Shown here one piece after another: positions 42,852 through 53,505 of a DNA stretch of 64,000 bases. Under the pieces are notes generated by a model, which worked only from the letters and a program-made list of their open reading frames with translations, ran no database searches and had not been told where the DNA came from. Origin of the DNA: Microcoleus sp. (lineage in GTDB: Bacteria > Cyanobacteriota > Cyanobacteriia > Cyanobacteriales > Microcoleaceae); NCBI GenBank assembly GCA_052279835.1, contig CP181291.1:5696001-5760000 (forward strand), read 5' to 3'. The position numbers and the translations under genes are program-made. Position 1 is the stretch's first letter; the number at the start of each line of letters is the position of its first letter.

Positions 42852-43721
42852 TTACAGCACGTCAGCAAAAGCCGGACGCAAACGTCGGTAAACAATTAAA
42901 CCTCCACAAAATATAGCAGCAGAAATTAATGTGGCTACACCCCATTCGCCCCAGTGTTTCACTTCTCCAAGCAGTATGAGGTCGCGGTAAACTTCTGAAA
43001 TTGCGGCCATTGGATTCAACCAAAAGATCAATCCACGCCACTGTTCGGGAATCACCGATGCTGGATAGACGATCGGCGTCAAATAGAACCAAAAATTTAG
43101 AATAACACCTAAAGTCTGAGGAATATCTCGCAAAAATACCGTTAAGCCTGCGGTCAAATATCCCAAGCCGGCAGTTAGCAGCAACTGAGGCATCCAAACC
43201 AGGGGCAGCAAGCACAGTGTAGCGTTGAGCTTTTGCGATGATACTGCTACTATGACGATTAAAGCTGCTAGACCGAGAGAGCTTTCAATAAATGCTGTCA
43301 AAATAGGTACTAGCGGCAGTAAACCGAGGGGAAATACCACTTTTTTCACTAAGTTTGGCTGCCCTACTACGGATACTGCCGACTTAATCAAACCACTGGT
43401 AAAGGCACTCCAAGGCAGTAAACCTGCAAACAGCCAGACTCCAAAGGTAATGTCGCTGTTTTCTGGGAAGCCTGCAAGGTTGAGTTTTACCTTGAGGACA
43501 ATGGAAAACACGTAAGTGTAAATCAGCAATTGTGATAGCTGATTCAGCAAAGGCCACAAATTGCCCAGAATTGAGCCTTTGTATTGAGATTCTAAATCGC
43601 GGCGCACTAATGTTGCCAGCAAATTGAGCTTCGCCCGTCGCCCGCGGCTAACCGTTCGGGCTTTGTGGGCAAATCCTTTGACCGATCTCAGCAATTTTTT
43701 GCCCTCGTTTGCTACCTTCAC
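42852..43721 (-). CDS. wzm: Polysaccharide ABC exporter permease
   Basis: RDLESQYKGSILG.LW, NLVKKVVFP, FYLTPIVYP, LNPM. Confidence 0.9.
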   Translation of the reverse strand: MKVANEGKKLLRSVKGFAHKARTVSRGRRAKLNLLATLVRRDLESQYKGSILGNLWPLLNQLSQLLIYTYVFSIVLKVKLNLAGFPENSDITFGVWLFAGLLPWSAFTSGLIKSAVSVVGQPNLVKKVVFPLGLLPLVPILTAFIESSLGLAALIVIVAVSSQKLNATLCLLPLVWMPQLLLTAGLGYLTAGLTVFLRDIPQTLGVILNFWFYLTPIVYPASVIPEQWRGLIFWLNPMAAISEVYRDLILLGEVKHWGEWGVATLISAAIFCGGLIVYRRLRPAFADVL

Positions 43722-43864
43722 ACCTAAATCAACTCAAGCTGTTTGATAGCAGCTTTTGTTAAACCGCAATTATTCCACAGCCTCGCTACTTTTATCAAGG
43801 GTTTGTGGGCTAGCTGCACCCACAGAGATTGTTTTGAAGCCAGAAGGCACTTATGGGCTGTTGA

Positions 43865-44428
43865 TTAGCCGATCGCCTCGCTGAGTGCCGAAGCGATCGC
43901 GGCTTTTTGCTCCCCATCATAGCCCCAGCGATCGAAAAACTGCTCATATTCCCCTTGTCCAGTCCGCAAATTTTCTAGCATTTGCTCAGCTAGAGTTTGA
44001 CAAGCAGGTATTTGCAGAGTTTGAATTAGATGGCGCGATCGCCCTTGTACTCTCTGTGAACCCGCAGCCATTTCGGGCTTGTGATGACGCGAGTGATAGA
44101 CAACCATGGCAGCCGACATCGCCAGATTTTTTACCAGCAGTTCTGCTACGATCTCAGGAGCCTCGCGCAGTGCATCCAGCACTCCAGAAGACGGTTCATC
44201 TGCAAGGTGTCGATCGTCCGTCAGATAGGTGACAAAAAACCCTCTAGCGCCGTTGTGTGTGTTCACCAGAGAAGCCACTGCTTGCTGAATCTGGGCCTGT
44301 GAAAGTCGTGAAGCGTAGCTATCCCGTAGGGAATCGGCTTCAATTTCCGACAATAAAGATTGAGTCAGCGCGATCGCCCCCTCAAAAGTTATATTTTCCG
44401 ATGCTAATAAATCCGACGGTATACTCAT
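43865..44428 (-). CDS. Conserved cyanobacterial hypothetical protein
   Basis: NGARGFFVTYLT, LVKNLAMSAAM, F..RWGYD.EQ. Start set at ATG 44428. Confidence 0.7.
   Translation of the reverse strand: MSIPSDLLASENITFEGAIALTQSLLSEIEADSLRDSYASRLSQAQIQQAVASLVNTHNGARGFFVTYLTDDRHLADEPSSGVLDALREAPEIVAELLVKNLAMSAAMVVYHSRHHKPEMAAGSQRVQGRSRHLIQTLQIPACQTLAEQMLENLRTGQGEYEQFFDRWGYDGEQKAAIASALSEAIG
44309..44332. mobile_element. 24-nt small dispersed repeat inserted in a CGATCG site
   Basis: Removing tgaagcgtagctatcccgtaggga restores GTCG|ATCGGC and keeps the reading frame. Confidence 0.55.
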
Positions 44429-44499
44429 AGCCAACTCAATAATTCTCAAGACTATTTTAATAATTGTAAACAATTTCCCCAGTTCGCTCGCAGATTAAT

Positions 44500-45597
44500 A
44501 TGGCAATTATCTCCTCCAAACAACAGCCTCCCGATCCAAATCTACCCGAACACATTGCCGCAGCCACCCCCAAAAAAACCAAAAATAAAGCTGTAAAACC
44601 CCAGACAGAATCGCTGGTAGAGCCCCAAGAACTAGCCGACGAAACCAACAGCAAACAAGACGACAAAATCCGACCTCAGCGATTAGCTGAATACATCGGC
44701 CAGAAAGACTTGAGAGAAGTTTTGGCGATCGCAATTCAAGCAGCCAAATCCCGAAACGAACCAATGGATCACCTGTTACTGTATGGGCCGCCAGGGTTAG
44801 GTAAAACCACAATGTCGCTAATTTTAGCAGCAGAAATGGAAGTTGAATGCAAAATCACCACAGCCCCAGCCCTAGAAAAACCCCGCGATATTGTCGGATT
44901 GTTAGTCAACCTCAAAGCAGGAGACGTGCTGTTTATCGACGAAATTCACAGATTATCAAAAGTAACAGAAGAAATCCTCTATCCAGCGATGGAAGATTGC
45001 CGCTTAGATATTACGATTGGTCAAGGCAAAAGTGCCAAAATTCGCAGTATTCCCCTCAAACCGTTTACCTTAGTAGGAGCAACCACAAAAGTTGGGTCAC
45101 TCACAGCTCCCTTGCGCGATCGCTTCGGACTGATCCAAAGATTACGCTACTACGAAATAGACGAACTCAGTTTAATTGTCCAAAGAAGTGCCCAAGTTCT
45201 CGACACTCCCATGACAGCAGAAGGAGCCACAGAAATTGCCCGACGAGCTCGTGGCACACCCCGCATTGCTAACCGATTGTTGCGGCGAGTTAGAGACTAT
45301 AGTGAAGTCAAACAATTAAAGCCGATCACCGCCGAAGTGGCATCGGTTGCCCTAGAATTATTCAATGTCGATCCGCTAGGTTTGGATTGGACCGATCGGT
45401 GTCTGTTGACAGCAATGATTGAGAACTTCAACGGTGGTCCAGTTGGTTTAGAAACCCTGGCAGCTTCCACAGGAGAGGATACTCAAACGATTGAGGATGT
45501 GTACGAACCTTATTTGATGCAAATTGGATTTTTGCAAAGAACAAGTAGGGGTAGAATTGCCACGGTTGCTGCTTACAAACACCTGGGTTTACTTTAA
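44500..45597 (+). CDS. ruvB: Holliday junction helicase RuvB
   Basis: [38 protein letters not shown]. Confidence 0.97.
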   Translation: MAIISSKQQPPDPNLPEHIAAATPKKTKNKAVKPQTESLVEPQELADETNSKQDDKIRPQRLAEYIGQKDLREVLAIAIQAAKSRNEPMDHLLLYGPPGLGKTTMSLILAAEMEVECKITTAPALEKPRDIVGLLVNLKAGDVLFIDEIHRLSKVTEEILYPAMEDCRLDITIGQGKSAKIRSIPLKPFTLVGATTKVGSLTAPLRDRFGLIQRLRYYEIDELSLIVQRSAQVLDTPMTAEGATEIARRARGTPRIANRLLRRVRDYSEVKQLKPITAEVASVALELFNVDPLGLDWTDRCLLTAMIENFNGGPVGLETLAASTGEDTQTIEDVYEPYLMQIGFLQRTSRGRIATVAAYKHLGLL

Positions 45598-45615
45598 TGG
45601 GAGATTGGCCATTGC

Positions 45616-45737
45616 ACTGGTTCCCAGGCAGAGCCTGGGAACCCAGATCAAGAGGCTCTGCCTCGATGGTATGGTTCAAGGCGAAAGGCGAGGCAGAGCC
45701 TCTGGATCTGCGTCCCTAGGCAGAGCCTAGGGACGAG
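45616..45737. repeat. GGCAGAGCC-type multi-hairpin element (MITE/REP-like)
   Basis: ggttcccaggcagagcctgggaacc ... gaggctctgcctcg ... cgaggcagagcctc; same family at 56563-56858. Confidence 0.85.
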
Positions 45738-45739
45738 GG

Positions 45740-45965
45740 ATAACAAACAACAAATAACCAATAACAAACAACCAATAACCAATAACCAATAACCAATAAC
45801 CAATAACCAATAACCAATAACCAATAACTAATAACCAATAACCAATAACTAATAACTAATAACTAATAACTAATAACTAATAACTAATAACTAATAACTA
45901 ATAACAAACAACAAATAACCAATAACAAACAACCAATAACAAATAACCAATAACCAATAACAAAT
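45740..45965. repeat. Long STRR heptamer tract (AACCAAT/AACTAAT/AACAAAT), about 30 units
   Basis: Read directly, just upstream of recN; a short copy lies at about 18270-18310. Confidence 0.95.
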
Positions 45966-45970
45966 TCCCC

Positions 45971-47746
45971 ATGTTACTATCCCTGAGAATCGAAAACTTT
46001 GCCTTGATTGACTGTCTAGACCTAGAATTTGGCCCTAGTTTGAACGTATTTACAGGCGAAACAGGGGCTGGCAAATCGATAATTCTAGATGCGATCGATG
46101 CAGTCTTGGGTGGAAAAGTCGATCGCCGGGTGATTCGCACAGGAGCAGCGCGGGCCATACTGGAAGCTACTTTTGAATTGGACAAAGCTGCGGTATTGTG
46201 GCTGGGCGAGCAAGAAATTGAACCCATTGATGGGAATTTAGCGGTTTGCAGCCGGGAAATTATGGCATCTAGCGGTACTCTGCGGACGCGATCGCGTTTG
46301 AACGGAATTTTGGTCAACCGCCCCTTGATGGAGCAACTGCGCGATCGACTCGTGGAAATTACTGCTCAAGGCCAAACTGTCCAACTAGGACTAGAAACGC
46401 TCCAGCGAGAATGGCTAGATCTCTACGGTGGTAAAACTATTTTGCAAGGGCGATCGAATGTCACCGCAGCATGGCTTGTCGCCAGCGAAGCCAAAACCGC
46501 CCTCAACCGCAGACGTCAGTCAGAACAGCAGCGCCTGCAAAGACTTGATTTATTAGAATACCAAGTCCGAGAGCTTGGCCAAGCCCATATCGAAGACGCG
46601 GCTGAATTGGAAAACCTCGAACAAGAATCAATCAGGCTTAGTCACGTTGTGGAGTTGCAGCAACAAAGTTACCAAGTTCATCAAGCTCTGTATCAAAATG
46701 ACACTGATGCCGCCTCTGCTGCTGACTTGTTGAGCAAAGCTGAGGCAACTTTAAGCGACATGGCCGTCTACGATGTTCAGTTGCAACCAATTCTAGAAAT
46801 GGTCAGCGATGCTCTAGCTCAAGCTACAGAAGCCAGCCGCCAAATTAGCAGCTACGGCGAACAATTAGAAGCAGATCCGCAAAGACTTGAAGAAGTAGAA
46901 GAGCGAATTCAGGAACTTAAACAAATCTGTCGCAAATATGGCCCGCTTAAAGAAGCGATCGCCTATTATCAAACCATCCAAAACGAACTAAATGAACTTT
47001 TAGCAGGCGGCGAGTCTATGGAGGCATTAGAACTCGCCTATCAAGCCTCTATGGAGCAATTAAAGGATGCTTGCAGCCACCTCAGCGCCCTGCGACGGGA
47101 AACGGCTCTGAAACTCGAAGCTGCTTTAGTGGCAGAACTCAAGCCCTTGGCCATGGAAAAAGTACAATTTCAAGTGGAAATTGCAGCAGTTACCCCAACA
47201 GCAAATGGTGCCGATCGCATCGCCTTTTGTTTCAGTCCGAATCCAGGGGAACCTCTGCAACCCCTAGGTGCGATCGCCTCTGGGGGAGAAATGAGTCGCT
47301 TTTTGCTCGCCATCAAAGCTTGTTTTTCGCAAATAGAAGGTGCTAGCACTCTGGTATTTGATGAAATTGATGCCGGGGTGTCTGGGAGAGTGGCTGGGGC
47401 GATCGCCAAAAAACTCCATCAACTTTCGGAAAAACACCAAGTCCTTTGTGTGACACACCAACCTTTGATTGCTGCGATGGCGGACTGTCACTTTCGTGTC
47501 AACAAACAGACGATCGCCTATGAAACAGGCATAAAGGAAGATCTAGGCAACCCTGAATCATCGGAACGTACAGTGGTGCGTGTTGTGGCCCTCAACAGCC
47601 AGCAGCGACGGGAAGAACTGGCTCAACTTGCTAGTGGGCGATCGGAAACAGAAGCCATCGCTTTTGCTGAATCTCTCCTAGCTCAGGCTGCTTCTTTGCG
47701 TCAAATTCATTCTCAAAAAACTGAAGTTGACCGCAATTATTGTTAA
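45971..47746 (+). CDS. recN: DNA repair protein RecN
   Basis: TGETGAGKS, ASGGEMSR, LVFDEIDAG, CVTHQP. Confidence 0.96.
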   Translation: MLLSLRIENFALIDCLDLEFGPSLNVFTGETGAGKSIILDAIDAVLGGKVDRRVIRTGAARAILEATFELDKAAVLWLGEQEIEPIDGNLAVCSREIMASSGTLRTRSRLNGILVNRPLMEQLRDRLVEITAQGQTVQLGLETLQREWLDLYGGKTILQGRSNVTAAWLVASEAKTALNRRRQSEQQRLQRLDLLEYQVRELGQAHIEDAAELENLEQESIRLSHVVELQQQSYQVHQALYQNDTDAASAADLLSKAEATLSDMAVYDVQLQPILEMVSDALAQATEASRQISSYGEQLEADPQRLEEVEERIQELKQICRKYGPLKEAIAYYQTIQNELNELLAGGESMEALELAYQASMEQLKDACSHLSALRRETALKLEAALVAELKPLAMEKVQFQVEIAAVTPTANGADRIAFCFSPNPGEPLQPLGAIASGGEMSRFLLAIKACFSQIEGASTLVFDEIDAGVSGRVAGAIAKKLHQLSEKHQVLCVTHQPLIAAMADCHFRVNKQTIAYETGIKEDLGNPESSERTVVRVVALNSQQRREELAQLASGRSETEAIAFAESLLAQAASLRQIHSQKTEVDRNYC

Positions 47747-48391
47747 GATTTAACAACTAAACAGGGTATTTATGTCACAGTTAGCTGTGACAGTCGATGG
47801 CAAGCAGATATTACTATCACAGTTGTACCAGTCTCAGCAACTGTTTTAGCGGCGAAGTTGACAGAAATTCTATCTAGAAACCACAATTGTAGAGATGAGC
47901 ACACATAATTAGTTAGTAGTGGTGTCAGAATGGCGGCTAGTCAAACTTTAGTCCGCATCCATCGACCCCCTGACAGCTCTGGGCTGTTTCATTGTGGTGA
48001 CAAATCATCGTTTTGTAAGGGTAGTTCCCCCGTGCCTACCCTCCCCGTCCACTCCTATATTTACAAGAGATTGCAGTCCGCCCAGGCGATCGAACGTTCT
48101 GAGTCACCGAATCTAGTTACACTTAGTAAACCAAATGTCAAAATCCGATACTAAACCATTTAAAAAGGATTCCCGACCTCTGAGCACCGTGGACTAATGG
48201 CCACAGCGCTCTCAATCTCCCACGGTTCTCCCCCAAACGGCCTTTCCTTGCCATCGGTAGGAAGTTCTGTAAACTGGGAAATAGTTTGACAAATACTTTT
48301 ACTCTACTCTTGTGCAACGCTCCGGGCGATCTACTTGCCAGATCTGCTACCTGAGAGACCAAACCTTAAACTTAAGCTTCTCTAAAGGTCT

Positions 48392-51300
48392 ATGAATTAT
48401 TCTGCATCTTCCAATCTGTCATCCCTAGGTAATGTGACTATAGATGTCACTCCTATCACTGAAAATCATCAGGAACAGCAATCTCACTATCCCTCTAGCA
48501 GTGGTCAAATCGTCACAACCCAAGGAAACTTCTCCAGTTTCCTCGCACCCCTAAACAAGGATAGTTTTAAAGGAGTTGCCAAGGACGTAGAGAACAAACT
48601 GAAGGTTGTCAATCAAACCTTGGGAATGCTCGACAACCTTTTAGACAGCCAAGGGTTTGACGCTATCCTTAACGAAATGTTGCAGTCGATTACCCAGAAA
48701 ACCGGGGAATTGCTCAATGCCGATCGCAGCACTATATTTTTATTAGATGACGAAAAAAATGAACTCTGGGCAAGGGTTGCCAAAGATGAACATGGCAACA
48801 ACCTAGAACTCAGATTTCCCGCCAATGTGGGCATTGCTGGAGAAGTCGCCACCGGCAGAAAAGGGGTGAATATTCCCTATGATTTTTACAACGACCCGCG
48901 ATCGACTAACGCCAAAAAAACTGACGAAAAAACAGGATATCGCACCTATACAATGCTGGCGATGCCTCTGATCAATGAAGACACACAAGAGTTAGTAGCA
49001 GTCGTTCAACTGATTAATAAACTCAAGGCAGATCATCATAATTACGACCATTTAGACGCACAGATTGACAGGCAAGGATTTACCCAAGAAGACGAACAAA
49101 TATTTAGAGAATTTGCCCCGTCCATTCGCCTAATTTTAGAATCTTCTAAATCTTTCTACGCAGCAACTCAAAGGCAGCGGGCAGCGACAGCGCTGATGAA
49201 CGCCGTCAACGCTCTTTCTCAAAGCAGTCTAGACTTAGAAGACACTCTCAAACGGGTGATGGATCAGGCTCAAGAACTGATGCAAGCCGATCGCAGCACC
49301 CTGTGGCTAATTGACGAAGATCGAGATCAACTATGGACAAAAATCCCGATCGCAGGTCAACTTCAAGAACTTCGCATACCCAGAACCGCCGGTTTTGCAG
49401 GTATTGTCGCCCAATCCAGTGAACCGCTACTAATTTCCTTTGACGTATATAACGACTCCCGCGCCGAAACTTCCAAAGAAACCGACAAAAAAACTGGCTA
49501 CCGCACTTGCAGTATGCTCTGTATGCCAGTATTTAATGCCGACCACAAATTGATTGGAGTCACCCAGTTAATTAACAAAAAAAAACAAGGAGAATACCCC
49601 CCATACAATCCAGAAAACTGGCCTGAAGCCCCGGAACAATGGCGAGCTAGTTTCAATCGCAACGACATGGAATTTATGAAAGCGTTTAATATCCAAGCAG
49701 GAGTAGCCCTGCAAAACGCCAAACTATTTGCCGAAGTCAAACAGCAAGAACAAAGACAAAAAGATATGCTGCACGCCCTGACAAACGCTGTCATATCTAC
49801 AGACCAAAAAGGCCATATAGTCGCTACGAATCCCAGTGCCAAAAAATTGCTTGGCGTTAGCGATGCCCGCTTGGCAGAAGGTCAATCTTTGCGCGATCTA
49901 ATTAACTTGGAAAAAGGTGATTTTGCCAAGTGGTTCGATCTGGCATTGCACCCTACAGACGACGAACACCGCCAGCAGTATTACCCTGACCAAGTATTGA
50001 AGCGCTCGGAAGGAGAACCATTGAATCGCTCGGAAGGAGAACCATTGAAGCCCTCGGAAGGAGAACGAGCGAAGCCCTCCGAAGAAGAACAGCAGAGCAT
50101 AAATTTGTCGATCAATTCCATGACAGATGCTACTGACCCCAAAAAAGTTAACGGAGCATTAGTTGTGATGGAAGATATCAGCAGCGCTAAGCAAGTCAAA
50201 AACTTGATGTACCGCTACATGACCCCAGCAGTAGCCGAAGCGCTGCTGGCTTCAGGAGATACAGGATTGGGAGGTAAACGCAAGCACGTTTCGGTGCTGT
50301 TCTCCGATATTCGTGGCTACACCACACTTACGGAAAAATTGCAAGCCGAACAAGTGGTACTCATGCTCAACGACTATTTTGAAGTGATGGTAGATTCCGT
50401 ATTCAACTACGGAGGTACTCTCGACAAATACATCGGCGACGCTCTGATGGCAGTTTTTGGCTCTCCAGCACCCCTAGAAGATCATGCCTGGTGCGCCATG
50501 CAAACCGCGGTGGAAATGCGGGAAAAATTGAAGGAATTTAATCAAGAGCGAATTGCTAATGGCGAGTTACCGATCAGTATCGGTATGGGCATCCATTCCG
50601 ACGAAGTTGTCAGTGGCAACATCGGCTCCAGCAGACGGATGGAACTCACTTCCATTGGAGATGGGGTGAATCTCGCCTCTCGCTTAGAAGGGGCCAGCAA
50701 GCAGTACGGCACTGACTTAATCATTAGTGACAACACCTACAAAGAATACAAAGAGCGACTGTACGTACGGGAACTAGATTTCATTACTGTTAAAGGCAAA
50801 AGCGAACCAGTCATCATTTACGAACTTGTAGCTATCAAGCCCGGTTACTCCTCCGTTAGCAGGGAGCTGACTGATGAAGAGGCAAAAAAATTTAAAACTG
50901 CTGTAGAACAACTAGAACACTACAACGCAGGACGCGAATTTTACAAGCAACCTGTTACTCAAAAACTATCTAAGGCTGAGGTGGAAGAAATATTAAAGAC
51001 TGTGGCAAAAATGCCAGAAGCAAAGGTCAAAGAACTCTCCTACGATGTCGATAAACAGTTAGAACATGAACTCAAAAAATTGTTATATCAACTAAAAAAA
51101 GAGCCTGAGTACGATGTAACAAATCAGTCCCCAGCCCATAAAATATTCGAGTCAGAAATTAAACTCCTGAAATGGGAAGGTATCAAAAACCTCTCGGAAG
51201 ACGAAGCCACACTCTTGATAAAATCTAAGATCGGAGAGTTATCACCAGACAAAATTAAGGAATTGCAAGAGGGCGATGTCAAAAAGATTTTAGAAGCAGA

Positions 51301-51658
51301 TATCCAAGACCCCTCAAATCGCCAAATCAAACCTCTGAAATCCTCACATATCAGACAGTTATTGCAGGCGAAAATTAAAAGCCGGGCCGAAGAAACAGTA
51401 GCAGAAAGGTTAGATGAGGAATTTGTGGAAAATCTGACCCTCGATGGGGTGAAAAAGGTACTGAGCGAAATTAAGACAAAGTTAGAACCGAAAGCTAGGA
51501 AGTGTTTTGAACACGCACTGGGCAAATTTAATGAGGTTTTGAGCAAAGATCCCAAAAACAAGGCGGCTAAATTACACGTCGATCGCTGTCTGCTATATAG
51601 ACTTGACCCCCCAGACGTACTCAACTGGGACGGGGTGTGGAACCTTACAGAAAAATAG
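48392..51658 (+). CDS. cyaB: GAF-GAF-PAS class III adenylate cyclase (CyaB type)
   Basis: Two GAF domains with QLINK...F..(D/E) motifs; FSDIRGYT, DKYIGDALM, TSIGDGVNLASRLE; WDGVW.LTEK C-terminus. Confidence 0.85.
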   Translation: MNYSASSNLSSLGNVTIDVTPITENHQEQQSHYPSSSGQIVTTQGNFSSFLAPLNKDSFKGVAKDVENKLKVVNQTLGMLDNLLDSQGFDAILNEMLQSITQKTGELLNADRSTIFLLDDEKNELWARVAKDEHGNNLELRFPANVGIAGEVATGRKGVNIPYDFYNDPRSTNAKKTDEKTGYRTYTMLAMPLINEDTQELVAVVQLINKLKADHHNYDHLDAQIDRQGFTQEDEQIFREFAPSIRLILESSKSFYAATQRQRAATALMNAVNALSQSSLDLEDTLKRVMDQAQELMQADRSTLWLIDEDRDQLWTKIPIAGQLQELRIPRTAGFAGIVAQSSEPLLISFDVYNDSRAETSKETDKKTGYRTCSMLCMPVFNADHKLIGVTQLINKKKQGEYPPYNPENWPEAPEQWRASFNRNDMEFMKAFNIQAGVALQNAKLFAEVKQQEQRQKDMLHALTNAVISTDQKGHIVATNPSAKKLLGVSDARLAEGQSLRDLINLEKGDFAKWFDLALHPTDDEHRQQYYPDQVLKRSEGEPLNRSEGEPLKPSEGERAKPSEEEQQSINLSINSMTDATDPKKVNGALVVMEDISSAKQVKNLMYRYMTPAVAEALLASGDTGLGGKRKHVSVLFSDIRGYTTLTEKLQAEQVVLMLNDYFEVMVDSVFNYGGTLDKYIGDALMAVFGSPAPLEDHAWCAMQTAVEMREKLKEFNQERIANGELPISIGMGIHSDEVVSGNIGSSRRMELTSIGDGVNLASRLEGASKQYGTDLIISDNTYKEYKERLYVRELDFITVKGKSEPVIIYELVAIKPGYSSVSRELTDEEAKKFKTAVEQLEHYNAGREFYKQPVTQKLSKAEVEEILKTVAKMPEAKVKELSYDVDKQLEHELKKLLYQLKKEPEYDVTNQSPAHKIFESEIKLLKWEGIKNLSEDEATLLIKSKIGELSPDKIKELQEGDVKKILEADIQDPSNRQIKPLKSSHIRQLLQAKIKSRAEETVAERLDEEFVENLTLDGVKKVLSEIKTKLEPKARKCFEHALGKFNEVLSKDPKNKAAKLHVDRCLLYRLDPPDVLNWDGVWNLTEK

Positions 51659-51953
51659 GACTCCCCGCCCTAAGTCCTGGGTTAAATGCTGAACCAGCCC
51701 CCCTCTGGCTGGCAGCCACGGCGAACCATAAACCTCAACATCCGATTGGGGTTTCAAACGCCAAATTAACTTATTGACAAACTACCCATAGCTGAATGTG
51801 TGGGGAATTTTTATCCTGCCATGCTTTCTCTAACACTCACTGAGACGGTGATTTTAAATCTGCTCCAACAGGTATGATTGTTTTATGAAAGATGCTGAAA
51901 ACCACAGCTACTTAATGTTCTAGTCTTATTATGGAAAACTACTAGCGTCAGTT

Positions 51954-52499
51954 ATGAATAATTGGAATTCGCAGTCGGGAGATATTGAGTGGGTAGATCA
52001 GGTTTACCAACTATTGCTAGAGATTGCTCGGAACTCCTTGTCCGATATCCCCAGAATGCCACCTAACATTAGCCAAAAGGCTCTACCTCTGATACAGAAG
52101 GTACAAAGCATTCAGCAAAGACGAGATGGACAAGTTTTCAAATCCGGTTCCTTTTCCGTAAACGATCGCGAATGGGTCGATCAAGTCTGTCAACTACTGG
52201 TGGAACTGACAGGCGCTTCTTTGTCTGAACGACCGAAAATGCCGGAAAACCTGGCAGGTAGAGCTTTAACCCTGGCAGACAAGGCGCAAAATATCAAAGA
52301 AATCATCGAAGAAAATGCTTCCCTTCCCCCAGCAGATGAGGAGGAACCCTTACCGTCTCCAGAGGCGGTGCTGAATGTGTTGCACCACACTTTAAAAATT
52401 CAGCGTGCTAAAAGCTACAAGCCTGATGCTCCCCAATGGCAGCAAATCTTGAGCCTGCTCGATGTAGTCCAGTCAATTTACAAGGAAATCCAACATTAG
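51954..52499 (+). CDS. Hypothetical protein with an internal duplication
   Basis: D.EWVDQV.QLL.E....SLS..P.MP.N....AL.L..K.Q.I occurs twice. Confidence 0.65.
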   Translation: MNNWNSQSGDIEWVDQVYQLLLEIARNSLSDIPRMPPNISQKALPLIQKVQSIQQRRDGQVFKSGSFSVNDREWVDQVCQLLVELTGASLSERPKMPENLAGRALTLADKAQNIKEIIEENASLPPADEEEPLPSPEAVLNVLHHTLKIQRAKSYKPDAPQWQQILSLLDVVQSIYKEIQH

Positions 52500-52705
52500 A
52501 TTGATTCTTCGATCGGCGTGTGCCTGATTTTGTGTCGATCGCGTTATGTCGTGGGTCAGCGCCAAAAAATCAATCCGAGGCGATCGCCATCCTCCGCTTT
52601 GTATCAATCTTATGCAGCCGTTAGGCCCGATCGCTCCTAAAATGCTATGAAAGGGGTTTGACAAATAGCAAAACCCGGATCATCTGTTAACTTGGAGATA
52701 TTGTT

Positions 52706-53218
52706 GTGGACTTATCGCTAATTCCGGCACAGCCGAAACCAGGACTGCTCAATGTCCTGATCGAAATTACCGCCGGTAGCAAAAACAAGTACGAATTTGA
52801 TAAAGACTTACAAGCCTTTGCTCTAGATCGGGTGCTCTCTTCCTCAGTCCAATATCCATGCGACTATGGCTTCATACCTAATACCTTAGCTGACGATGGC
52901 GACCCCCTCGACGGCATGGTGATGATGGACGAGCCGACATTTCCGGGGTGCGTGATTGCAGCCCGTCCCATCGGAATGCTAGAAATGATCGATGGAGGCG
53001 ATCGGGACGAAAAACTATTGTGCGTTCCCGACAAAGACCCACGCTACGCTCACTATAAGTCCCTCAAAGACGTAGCACCCCATCGCTTGGATGAAATAGC
53101 CGAATTTTTTAGAACCTACAAAAATTTGGAGAAAAAAGTCACAGAAATTCTAGGGTGGCAAGATGTGGATCTAGTAATGCCATTAGTGGAAAAGTGCATC
53201 GCAGCCGATCGCAAATAA
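52706..53218 (+). CDS. ppa: Inorganic pyrophosphatase
   Basis: [34 protein letters not shown]. Confidence 0.96.
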   Translation: MDLSLIPAQPKPGLLNVLIEITAGSKNKYEFDKDLQAFALDRVLSSSVQYPCDYGFIPNTLADDGDPLDGMVMMDEPTFPGCVIAARPIGMLEMIDGGDRDEKLLCVPDKDPRYAHYKSLKDVAPHRLDEIAEFFRTYKNLEKKVTEILGWQDVDLVMPLVEKCIAADRK

Positions 53219-53505
53219 ACCATTAGCCCGCATTCTTGGACTACAACCAGAATCACATACTCCCACACCAAATATGATTTATGGTGTGGGCAGACTAGAT
53301 TCCAATTTAAAGATATATTTGATTTCATTTGAGGTACTCCGACTGTTTCCCTATCAAACGTTTTGAATGTTTCCCTGTCAAACATTATGATAACGATCGG
53401 GTTCCCGGTCCCACCTCACTGCCTGAAGGCTCAATGTTTTTTTAAATTCTCGAAGTAAAAAATAAAATCTCCACTCCCAAGTTCCTGCGCGTAAAGCTAA
53501 AAAAG

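Noticed and set aside
47773..47792. CRP box upstream of cyaB
   Set aside because: The palindrome tgtcacag-ttag-ctgtgaca has half-sites in the reverse order (TCACA-N6-TGTGA) to the CRP consensus. It lies just after the recN stop, so it may be a terminator hairpin.
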